From the NCBI RefSeq assembly GCF_001949145.1, contig NW_019091361.1:1205588-1269587 (forward strand): a stretch of DNA of 64,000 nt. The letters run 5' to 3'. This DNA comes from Acanthaster planci. Lineage: Eukaryota. Of the stretch, positions 1-12,400 are shown piece by piece. The notes under the pieces are model-generated. The model saw nothing but the letters and a program-made list of their open reading frames with translations. It was not told the DNA's origin and did not search any database. Within the stretch, counting starts at the first letter, position 1; every line of letters begins with the position of its first letter. Made by a program: the position numbers and the translations under genes.

Positions 1-73
1 TAATCATATCCATGGTTTGGGCATATTAACCCCTTTCCTCAGGGTTTGATTTTGTCTGGGACACCCTGTGTAA

Positions 74-373
74 TATGAATAATAATGACGGAAGTACAAG
101 TCCAAGAGGGTTCCCACCCATCACAATGTATTAGTCAGAAGATTATGATACTCATTCCCTACCCGTACACACACAAAAAGGGGCTCGTTTCATTTTAAGT
201 TTGAAAAGATGCTCACTCCTTCCAGCATGGATTTACATGTATAACATGTACCCATCCTAGGCCACATCATTTTGAATCACCATTGATCCTTTGAACCTCT
301 TATGTGAATCGCACGCCTGGCACTTGGAAAGGAATGCAAACCCTCTTCGACTTGTACGTCATTGTTATTCATA
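74..373. mobile_element. MITE-like element with about 35-bp imperfect TIRs
   Basis: tatgaataataatgac..gtacaagtccaagagggtt at left versus aaccctcttcgacttgtacgtcattgttattcata at right. Confidence 0.65.
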
Positions 374-1372
374 GAATTCACATAATATTTCATATTTTAT
401 ATTCATCTAGTTTTTGAATTATCAACACTCGCGAAAGCTTTGGACTTGACATCTTGCCCCAAATCACAAGAACAGCGCCACCTGTCACTTAATTGAAATT
501 ATCCTCGCAGCGGCTGGTGTTCGGTACTACATGTACTAGTACTGTGTTCATAAAGGAGTTTCGACAACATCCGCCTTCCGAAATCAAGCGTGGAAAGTGC
601 AATATACGCTCTGGCGTCGTCAACGTCGCATTGCTCAAACTTCGTCATCAAATGAGTAAATGAAAGGTCCATACTGTCGGTGTAAGGGATCACAAAATGG
701 AAGACAAAGACAGTTTATCACCTCCAAGTGAGAAAAAAAACGTTTGCAAGCGTTTTTTTTTCAAGTGTGTGCAAGTTAATCTCAGATTATTGTGTTTATA
801 TAGGCTATAACTGTTCGGCCTGATAACAGAAGGTTGTTTTGCTCTCGTTGTGGTAAAGGAACTCCCCTCTACTATTCTTTGGTCAATATGACAAATTCAG
901 TTCACTGAAATTTGTATTTAATGGACCGATTCCAATTTTTACAACTGCGGGAAAAATCTATCTGTTGAAGATCAAGTTTTATTTAAAACTCGGCCCAGTC
1001 CCATTCGCATCATATTTTGAAGTTCCATACTCTTTTTAATTCCCCAAAATCTACATCTGGGTCATTGGAAAAATACTAGTAAAAAGTTTAGGTCTACTAT
1101 TTTGGATCCGGCGGTCATCGATCGCAAACACTTTCGGCATATAACTGGCACCCATTATGTGAACAAAATAAAAGGGCTGTCCCCTCTTTTGAAAAAAAAA
1201 ACCCCGGATGTTTTACTTTGATATTCGAACGAGCACCTTATAGTTTTGGCTCTTGACGCCCTAGTCGACTGCAGTCTTTCAAGAAGAGCTGCTTTATTTT
1301 TTCCATGCTCTATCCATGGAGGAAGGACACTTCCGAGTCCATTTCATGTGCCATGCCATCGCCAGCTGGTTG

Positions 1373-1411
1373 GTCTTCCCATAGAGCTACAACCCAGCTC
1401 TATGGTCTTCC
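1373..1411. mobile_element. 25-bp CATAGAGCT...AGCTCTATG mini-element with 7-bp direct repeats (GTCTTCC)
   Basis: gtcttcc|catagagctacaacccagctctatg|gtcttcc read directly. Confidence 0.6.
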
Positions 1412-1559
1412 ATTCAGGATCTGACGGTGTCCAAATAGACTCTTTTGTGGCTACAGCCGCGTTTCTTTCCATGAACTTACTATGCGATGGGCAGCTGAAG
1501 CCGCAAACAGTGATACCCATTTAGGGCAAGGCTGTAGTCTTAGTTCGAGATATTTGACT

Positions 1560-1931
1560 GACATCACACTCAACGAACAATGCAAGAGGGCGCTACATGT
1601 ACATGTACGTGTAACACGTAAAAATTTCGGTTGATAGGTGCTTAGTGTATCAAAAATACAATAGCGTCTTGAATGAAGGCTAGGCTAACGTGAGTTCGTA
1701 CCGGGTACGCGTCGCATAACGCACTCTCTTGCTTACACTCGGCCAACGTACGTACGTACGTATGCTCTCGGCCTGTTGTATTGCACGCTCGCGAGCTCGA
1801 AAGAGCTGTCGAATTTCGTCCACATTTGTGGTCGATTCTCTCGGTCTCTGATGACGATCTTGCCGTGTAACTTATCAGCATCTGCATGTGACTGTGTGAG
1901 CTTTCAGCTGTTGGTCTTCACTTTTGAAACA
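1560..1931 (+). promoter_or_regulatory. Probable promoter and non-coding first exon of the furin gene (donor after 1931)
   Basis: Locally CpG-rich stretch in a CpG-poor background, ending in ACA|gtgagt at 1932, upstream of the acceptor at 3162. TSS unknown. Confidence 0.5.
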
Positions 1932-3188
1932 GTGAGTATTTCGTGTCGAAATACCTCTTGAATTTAGGTAGAAATTTCGGTTCCCGGTTCGTCCGTGTAC
2001 GCACATTGTAGACAGTGTCGTCATATTGTGACTTCCATACGGGAAAGACGTGACTGGTTACGGCATTTGCCGCATAGATACTTCCGGCTAAATTGTGGTT
2101 TGCACCATGGATTGCCACACATGGTGGTGCAGCCCACAGACATGGAAAACCGGATCTGCAGTGCCATTTTTAATCTTTTGTTGCTATGTCACTGTCAGAA
2201 ACCTTCATTTGAGAAGTTGTTCTGAACGCAGTATTGCATTTCAAATTTTGTGCATTTACAGTCACCAACACAGGACATGTGCATGCGGTACACTAGACTG
2301 TGAACAAGTACAAGTAGGCCTAAGTCTAGACTTAAGTTCCCCGTACAACTAAAAATTCTGACTTGAACAGTGTGGAAGAACAAATGAACCGGTGTCAGAG
2401 ATCAGTTAGATAGCCTACTTCAAATCTACAATTAGCCTACGGTGGAACATTATCCGAGCCTGCTGTCCTTTGAAAGGCCAATTTCCCAGTTGTGACAAAA
2501 CATTTGGAAAAATTCCATATCCAGCCACTATCTGACTATAAATCAAGTTTTATTAATTAATACAACAAAGGGTAAGTGGTAAGAGTTTCATGTACGCTCA
2601 TGACTAATTTTTCCCTGTTGTGTCTCTGTCACATCTGTCAGCCAGTAGAAAGTGATAACATATTATGAAAAAATGTAAAATTTAGCAGGGAAAGTAAAGT
2701 GGACACGGGGTTCCAGCCACCGGCTGCGGAATGGGATGGCCGGACGGCCATTGTCCCCCCTTCCACCCGTGAAAAGGTCGTTATTTTGCCACCCCACCCC
2801 CCATATTATAGACCTAATGATGAGGGCTTGTTCCATTGCTGTTGGTTCCAGCCCACAAATTTCAAATTCTACTCTGAGTATAATACAAAAATGTGTACAT
2901 GTACGTTGATCTGACAAGTTGGGTCCCCATCTAGCCCAGTTTGGAGGTCCGTCTGTAAAGTAGTATCATCAGGGAGTCCAACTGGGCAAGGGCACCATCC
3001 CAGTTGCAAAATAATGGCTTCCCATAATCGTGGTGAAAGATCATGTACACTGTAGGCCTATTTTAGACTTTTACACATGTACGTGTAAGAAGGTATTGCC
3101 AGGTCACTTTGCACATTTTTGAGGTTTATGACCCATTGTTTTCCATTCTTTCTCCTCTGCAGGTGAGCAACGGTGCCTTCCCTTTGTC

Positions 3189-3434
3189 ATGCTTTACCAG
3201 TTCTGTGGGGGGGTACTCACGAGGATGACAGGTGGAATTAGGACGTTACCCCTGGGAGTACTGTTTGTACTATCCCTCCAAATTGTTTGCCTGAGCTCAT
3301 CCCCGAATGGGCCACGATCTGGGGATGGGTCCAAACCGGCAGTGTTCACCAACACGTACGCCGTCCACATCAGTGGTGGGATTGAAAAGGCCGATGAGCT
3401 CGCTGAAAAACATGGCTTTGTTAACCTAGGCAAG
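3189..3434 (+). CDS. FURIN: Furin coding exon 1: signal peptide and start of prodomain (exon begins at 3163)
   Basis: Acceptor ttctttctcctctgcag ends at 3162. ATG at 3189, second ATG at 3225 followed by hydrophobic [42 protein letters not shown]. Donor AAG|gtaaga. Confidence 0.9.
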
Positions 3435-6400
3435 GTAAGAACATGTACATGCATTCTGGGATTGCTTTTGGAAAATTGTCTAGTGCTGCAAGTAGGTGCC
3501 AAGGAAACAAGATAAAATTAGATTTCCAGCGAATTGTGTTTTTGTTATTTTTCACGAAACAAGTTCAACTAAACTATGCTTTTGATGTGTCAGAAGAACC
3601 TTCAGCATTCTTTCCCAGGATGGCGCCCACGTGGCCAAAGGGGCGATCTTCTATCAGTCTTTTTCTAACGAATAATGGCATTTTGTTATTTGAGATTGGC
3701 GAACAACTTAGAGATCTGGCAAAATTCCATTGCAACGTATTTACACTACGACTTTGATCAAACCAAACGAAAGGCAAATTAGGCTACCGCTCGAACCAAA
3801 TCTTGTCATGCGCTGGATCGCTGCACTGGCCCGCCTGGCAAAGTCAGTTTTCCCTCCGGAGTTGCCTTCGATCGAGCAGGAATCCGACTGTGATTAGCAT
3901 CCAATCAAAAATCATTTTTCACAGCCATTTATGACATCGTTGACCTAATATGGAATGTAAGGGCGTGGCTATCGGAGATTGGCAAACTTAACCCTAACTG
4001 CCCAAAACCTGCCATACTCCAACAGCAGGTTTTCTGNNNNNNNNNNNNNNNNNNNNNNNNNNNNNNNNNNNNNNNNNNNNNNNNNNNNNNNNNNNNNNNN
4101 NNNNNNNNNNNNNNNNNNNNNNNNNNNNNNNNNNNNNNNNNNNNNNNNNNNNNNNNNNNNNNNNNNNNNNNNNNNNNNNNNNNNNNNNNNNNNNNNNNNN
4201 NNNNNNNNNNNNNNNNNNNNNNNNNNNNNNNNNNNNNNNNNNNNNNGTGAGGTTCAGTACGCTTTCTAGTGCAGAAGCCTAGGGGGTTAGGGATAATGTA
4301 AATCTGAATATTTATAAGCACAATTGGATGTAGTGAGAATTTAGAATTGTGTGCAGCGGAAATGTCGTATGTTGCATGTTCTCGGTTGATTATTAGTGAA
4401 TTCTCACCACGTGCTTTTTACAACCATTGCGTAATGCAGGGCCACCATAAGTACTTACATGTACAGTGTACATTTATAGTACCTTCGTGATGCACATGCG
4501 CTAACACACGCTGGGGCGGCATAACTCGTTATCCATTGTTCGTCATGTTTGCTTTTTTTTCTTGCATGCATTCTGTGCGCTAGTAATGCCATGCAATATT
4601 AAAGCCATATCTGAACTGACCCTTTCGGTTCAGTTCGAGTCGAAAGTGCCATGTTCAATGATTTTTGGTTCAGTTCGGCTGCAGCACTAGTACTATCTCA
4701 GGCAGTCACTCTGAAGTCCTTCCTCTCACAACCCCCCCATCGCTATTTTCACTTGTGTCTTCATTTCTGAAATGCAGTTCAGATTGCTTTCTTAGCTTTC
4801 GTAAACATGCAGACTCATGTACATGTACATGTAGTTAATTAATAGTTGTATGACCTGTTTTTATTGATCATACTCAAAGCTCTGTAAAGTCCTGAACCCA
4901 TCTAAATTGAGAGAAATTTGTGAAGAAACCTTCAGTCTGTCTGATATAAACCATGACAAACAGTGCACTGTGCATTTTCCTCAAACTAAAGAAAGTCTTA
5001 AGATTTTTTAATCTTTTTTTTCCCCACAGATCGTTGATAACCATTATCATTTTCTGGATCATCACGCCATTGAGAAAAGATCGCTGTCCTCAAACAAGGA
5101 AAGACATCTGCACCTTAAAAAAGAAGAACATGTAAGTACACAGAGCAAGGGACATTTACAGTAAACCTTACATGCTTGATGAAGGCCTTGCTATGCACTT
5201 AGGCTTTGATGGTATTTAAGTTTTTAGGGCGGTAGTTTTTCAGTACTGAAAAATACTGACTGGCGATCCATAAATACGAAATTACCAGCAAATACCATAT
5301 GGAATTTTTATACCATGGTATTCTTGCTAAAAAAAAATAAGGAAAACCCCCATATGGTCGTATTTCACTCCACCTCTTCCAAGTTCATATACCGGAACAG
5401 CTGTCCTTGATGAAGAACAGTACATGTACATTGTACATGTGTGTGTCTGTGTACAGGGTATAAAATGTACAATGCATGTACATGTAGATACATTTGAATG
5501 GTTTAATATTGCCTCTTTCTACATGTACATGCACATGTTTACATATGTTATGCACAAATGTACATGTACATAACACAATATGTCACTATTGCATACCATA
5601 CATGTACATGTACATGTTTAGATGAATATACATTTCATAAAATTTCCACCGTTTTAAGAAATTATATCTGTTAAAAGTACAGATAGATGGGACCACGGAC
5701 TGCATTTGGAAGTTTCCAAATTTGGGGAGATAAATGTAATTCAGTTATGTACACGTATTGTCCAAGACATCTACATACATCTTGGACATGTATGTAAAAG
5801 TTGGACCAACAATGCCGATCAATTCCTTTATGTCTGGGTTTTACTCCAGCTTTTTTAAATTCACTCTCACAAGTACATGTCTTAAAGTGACATTGGGGAA
5901 CTGAAACATATATACCCAGCAAGAAATGAGACCAAGGGGTACCCCCCCAACATGTCCAATCCCTATACACATTCCAGACTATTGTTACTTAACACATCCC
6001 CCCCCCAAGATGTCTGAAAGGAATTCCCCCGATTCCTGTGAGACAATGACCAACACAAAGCAGGGGGGGGGTTCTCTCCGTCTCATACCTTGCTGCATAT
6101 GTGTTTGCCAACCACAAAGTGCATGTTGTCACATGTGAGACCATGGTCAGACCAGATGGTCAGATGGTCAGGTTCTCAATAGCACAGTGTACATGTACTG
6201 TACATCCACCTCAGTCACCACCTCAGATACATTGTACGTGTACAGTAATTAGGTTGGCAAAAGCAGTTGAATTTCGTTACCAAAATCAGTTCTCCCCATC
6301 CAAGGAAATTGAACCAATTTCTCCCATGTTGGGAATAGGCATGTACATGTACCTATACTAGTACATGCAGTGTACAAGAGCATGTACTGTACATGTACGT

Positions 6401-9400
6401 GTACATTTTCATGTACAAAATTGTTCATGCACAAGTACCATCAGTACCGTACATGTATGAAACTTGTATGTTTTTGCTGTACATGAACATGGAATGGGCA
6501 TGACGTGCAGATTTACCAATACGTACCGGTACCGGCACATAAAACATGTACATTGTAGATCAGATCCATACTGGCACATGTATGTTAAAGTGAGACGCAT
6601 ACCAGTACATGTACATGTGCTGTAATTCTTGACAGCATCTTTGTGACATGCTTTTTCTCATTTTTGTATGAGTGGACTTGAGACTTAAATCGTTTGTGCC
6701 CTGTTGTCATTTTCTTGTATTCGTATGTACCGGTATGTACATGTATGTTCCATTTAAAAAACAGCGTCTCCAGTGACCCTTTTCTCTGCTTCATCAAAAC
6801 ATACCGGTACATGTACATGTACCAGTGCATGTACATGTATGTGGGTCTTTATTTTAATATTGGGGGCAAATATGTATTTCAGGGATATCACAATTATCGT
6901 GACCATTTAAAACAAGACCAGTTTCACTTTCCCATTTAATTTTCATATATTTGTCGATTAATACATGTATGTGTTGATTACATTAAATTCATTTACATTA
7001 AAAAAAGTTGATTTACACAATAATTACAAAGGAAAAACCTCATCGTTTCTCACTATTTTTTCAGTATTTAGTGTGACATTTTGGATGACCTGTTTCACAT
7101 GACATATTCCTACCACTGGCAAAACAAATAAATTGTTTATTTTCTAACTAACCTATCAACAGAAAGGTAAATCATGATATCAGATAAATCTCCAAATGAA
7201 ATTCATTCTAATTGAGAATACAGGTGCCGTCATAATCTGATATAACAATGTTAAATTTCGTTCCTCCAGTTGTTACGAAGTTAAAATAATTTTTGGCTTC
7301 TATTCATCAATTTTGATGTCATAAAGCATTATTACTGTCACCAAACATTGCCCATATTGTTGTGGGTTCAACATTTGTGAATAAAAAAAGAAGCCTTTTA
7401 TAATGAAAATGTAGAAACACGAAGGATTGGGGCATAAAAAGAATTCTTGTTAAAGGAGAATCTTGTACTTAAAATGCTGTTATTAACGAGGTTGGACTGT
7501 CATGACTGAAGGGGTAGGCCCATAAAAACTTGTCACGCACCCACTGGCCTACTTGAAAGTTAAAAACATAACTGCTGTCTTTACTTGATAATGAAGAAAA
7601 TGTCAAAGAAAGTTGCAGAGATACATGTACTTAGATGCCGGTTCACATTTGTATTCAAGTGGAATGCAAAGAAAGTTTGATGTCACGAAGCATTTATGCC
7701 AAAAAGTTCAACAAAATCCCCACGTCCAATTTTGTGATTTGAGCTGTATGCTAATGTACATGTATGTTGATGACGTCACAGCGCGCCGGCCTAGCGGACC
7801 ATTCACAAAATAGCACCAGCATGCTGAGTCGGCCGGCGTGGCGCACGCGCGCCGGTGACTGTTTCCTGAGAGGCGTAATGTGCATTGCACTGTTTCCATG
7901 TGGTCACTGCCACCGAACGTTCCGCCGCTCACAAGATAGTCGCCGGCACACGTGTACCGACTTGACACAGCACACTGTTAATGGACTGCTAGGCCAGCAT
8001 GTCATGACATTGTTAACGGACATTAGCATATAGGTAAACTCGCAAAATGAAAAATGGCGACGACGACAAGTGTCTCCGATTCGAAGGGGAAAAATGTTTC
8101 CTTTCTTCCATACGCTGTTTTAAGTGGCTATCGTGCTCCTCTTTTTGGCAAATACGTTCAGTTTCGGGTAAATTTTACCTTCATGTCTTGAGGAGAAACC
8201 TGCAACCCGTAACTTTTTGTCACAGCCTAACGTGTGAGTAACAAAAACTTTGATCGAAATTTCTCGACGTTGAAAGAATGGCAGGAACTTGGCATGTTTG
8301 TGTCAGGTGACAAACACATGACAGCGCATGCTGGCTTGCAATATGATCCCGACTCGGGTGAACGTTGGAAGTTGCACGAACGTTTTTGTTTACAAATTAA
8401 CGATTTTGCGAGTAACCAAAATATTTTTTGACGAGAATTGACAGGGATATCTTCAGAAATGTTTGGGATCTCAGGTTAGTAGGAGGTATTTTGGGGGGGG
8501 GTTACTCAGAGTTGATATTTTAGGTTTTGAAAATGATTTGCAACAGCTTTTTGTTTGTTTTTAACAGCAAAAAATGATTTTAACTTCATAACAACTGGAG
8601 GAACGAAATGTTACATTGTTATATCAGATTATGACGGCACCTGTATTCTCAATTAGAATGACATCAAAATTGATGAATAGAAGCCAAAAAATATTTTAAC
8701 TTCGTAACAACTGGAGGAACGAAATTTAACATTGTTATATCAGATTATGACGGCACCTGTATTCTCAATTAGAATGACATCAAAATTGATGAATAGAAGC
8801 CAAAAATGATTTTAACTTCGTAACAACTGGAGGAACGAAATGTTACATTGTTATATCAGATTATGATAGCATCTGCATTCTCAATTAGAATGAATTTCAT
8901 TTGGAGATTTATCTGATATCATGATTTACCTTTCTGTTGATAGGTTAGTTAGAAAATAAACAATTTATTTGTTTTGCCAATGGTATGAATAGTCATATGA
9001 AACAGGTCATCCAAAATGTCACACTAAATACCGAAAAAATAGTGAGAAACGATGAGGTTTTTCCTTTGTAATTATTGTGTAAATCAACTTTTTTTAATGT
9101 AAATGAATTTAATGTAATCAACACATATTAACTGACAAATACATATGAAAATTAAATGGGAAAGTGAAACTGGTGCAGTTTTAAATGGTCATGATAATTG
9201 TGATGTCCCAGAAGTACACATTGGCCCCCATCTCAAAATAAATGTACATGTACTGTTAACAGTTTGGGGAAGAGTTCAAGGAAGTCACATGTGAAGTTGT
9301 GTGCGCTTGTCAATATCAAAAACCCTAGCCTCTGTATTGATTGATGCATTGAATACATTTGCCAGCCATTGAAGACATGATTTGGAAATCTCCCTGCCAA

Positions 9401-12400
9401 CCTTCCATTACCTTATATTGGTGTACCATCACTGCAGGTGCATTGGGTGGAGCAGCAGGTAGCCAAGAGCAGGATGAAGAGAGACAGTACCACTCCTGCC
9501 AGTTCTCAGCTCAACGATCCAAAGTGGCCGCTGTGGTATCTGGTGAGGGGAAGTTATTTTGCTAACCTGCATCCCTCCCTTTCTATCCTCAATCCCCCCT
9601 CAGTGCTACTCAGGGGCAATGCATATGTTTCATGGCATTTGTTTATTAAATGATATCATTGTTGTGAACAACGGAATGCAGAAGGAATCCAGAAAAAAAA
9701 AAACCCAGACAAAATATTGGTACCAGGCTGTTCAGTAGACCATACACAAGACTTTACAAGTTCAGGGGTGAACTTTGACAAAGGAATGCTCTTGTTGCAG
9801 CTGATTGGAATAGTTTGTGACCTGACTTCAGACTGGACATCATGTGTTGGTCTTGTAATGGTCTTGTTACATGTACGGGGGGTATGTGTAGGGTGTATGT
9901 GGTCAGAAGGGGTCTCTAGATTTTGACTGTGACACTGATGGCACATTTTCAGGCTGCAGATTTGCAAATGTTGAACACAATTCAATTTTGGTGAATTTCA
10001 CAGTAAATGCCTTGTAATACCGTGCATGTTTGAAATTTTTTTTGCCTTTTTACATCGTCGGGAAGCATGAACCAACCAGTACTTGCAGGTCAAAAAAAGG
10101 AAAAGTTGGAAGATTGAAATACTATTAAAAATAGTACATATCTGAAAATGATATACTGCATTTTACCACCTCTACAAGCACATGTACATTACCAAACCAT
10201 TCATTTTTTCTGCTGTTTTTACTTTTTTCTAAACCCAGCAAAGAGAGCCAGGCCTTGATATGAATGTAATTCCAGCCTGGAAAAAAGACTACACAGGCAC
10301 TGGTGTTGTGGTGTCCATTTTGGATGATGGAATCGAGAAAAACCATCCAGATCTGAGTGCCAACTACGTAAGTACAGTAGATGATGTCATGGCATTAACT
10401 GCAAACTTTAGCAAATGGCATACGAGTCAAACCTTCCAACAGATTTTTAAAAAATCCTTACAGCTTTTCTTTTTACCCTGAAGCACGTCACCAGTACTTG
10501 GGGAATTTGATGATGGACTACCCATCTGCAAAGAGAAAGAATTCCAAAAAGCAAACATTTCAGAGAATTGGAAATTGGTGTGGTTTCCTGGACGTTCAGT
10601 ACATTTTGCCTGGTAATGCCTAAGGCATGTGAACAGTATACTGGTACATGAACCCAAGAATGGGTGTTATAACTTCCATCGATAATGATGTCAGAAACTG
10701 TTTGTATTTCCTCCTTTCAGTCTGGTGCAGCTGAAGATGTGGTTCACATTAACATGAACCCTCTTGCTGTAAACAGTGGATAAAACAATCATCTGGGACA
10801 TCAGTTGCAATATCCAGTCAAACTGATTTTTTTTAAGTAGCATGACTTCAGTTCGGTAATATGTCTGTCGACAGAATGGCATTCAAGGTCTTTAACATGT
10901 AAAAGTTTTGCAAGTTACATGTTATTTAAGCCGTGCTTAGAGCCTATTTTGCTTTCAGGTTTTCCAGTTGCTTTATTCCAATTTCTCCCAAGTCGCAGAT
11001 GGGAGTTGGTTTAAAATTCCCTATAGGGCAAGTCCTCAATGTCATGCCTGCTTTGCACCAACCTTACATGCATTGGAAGTTCCACCTTCAAAGACATTTC
11101 TGGATTTCAGTGTTCTTTATTCTCTTGTTGGGTGTCTGGATGGAAAATACCCACGCGAGTTTTTTCCTGATTGAGTGTCCAAGTGTTTGAGTGATGACTG
11201 AGTAATTTAAAAAGAAAACATGGTATTACATGTGGGACAAAAAGGGGGCTTTTTTTGTGGACTTACCTGTAAAATGTTCAATAATTGGTTATCTACAGGT
11301 ACATGTATGTGTTGACATGTTGATATTTTACATTGTGCAATCTTGATGTCGGCATAAGGGTGCTCACTTCCATGTGTAAATTGTTTGGAAGGTTTCGTAC
11401 TTTTTTCTTTGTTTATGCGCTATACACATACTTGTACGTTTACCCGTTTGTGCCTACAAGTCACATTGTTCAATGTTGTATTAGAAAATGTGTTGGCTCA
11501 AAGTAGCAGTTTCTTTGGATTTTGTTTGTTTTGGTACAGGTGCGAGTGTTTGATGTAGTGCTTGTGAATGTGCCTGGTTTACCAAAAATTACAAAAATGC
11601 CATTTCCTGCAGTAAATGGCATTTAGTCTTTATGCTCACTCAATAGAGCTGACACGTTTGTGTACGGTGCCTCTTTTTAATTCTATAGTTCTCATCCCCA
11701 ACTGACCCCACATGCACCTGTATTGTTGGCAAAATGAGAAACCTTGTTTGGAACTGCCAACCCTTTAGAAAACTTAAAAGGAGAAGACACTCTTCCCAAT
11801 TCTTTGGGGAGGAGGGAGGGAGGGACAGAGCAAAGTGCAATGAGCTGGTTTTAAAGTACCTGGTACCGATAGTACAGGTACGTTAAAAAACTGCATCTGG
11901 GGCTTGGCGATGTTGGCTCCAAATCTCTGGCCAGTATTAATGCATGACGTCGTACGGGTACTTGATTATATTAAACCAACCTTTCACCATTTAGTCCTGT
12001 TTCTAAATGCTGTACATGTACACATATGTGTACATTTTCCTCTATAATAAATATATTTATGGTAGAAAGGATCAGAAAACTTTAATTCTAGTGGTTTTGC
12101 TTGCACATGTGGTGCTCCATTGGCCCCCCCCCATGAATGCATGTTCAAAATAGTTGAAAAAACTTTCTAGGCGTGTTTTATTATCTGATAAAACCACCCT
12201 CACGAAGTCCTGTGGACTAATCATAGTAGTCAGTCTTTAATACATGTACATGTACATGTATTATGATTAAGGGAATACATGTGTAATTGTTTTGGAGAAG
12301 TTTTAAACTAGTACATGTAGATTTCAATCCGGATAGGGCCTGGGAACAATACTGAAAGTCCATTATTGGTGCCAGGCCCCCTTGCTGTTTGAAATTTATT

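Noticed and set aside
8570..8892. Regularly spaced repeats resembling a CRISPR array
   Set aside because: Units are 116-bp head-to-tail copies with no unique spacers; eukaryotic context with no cas genes.
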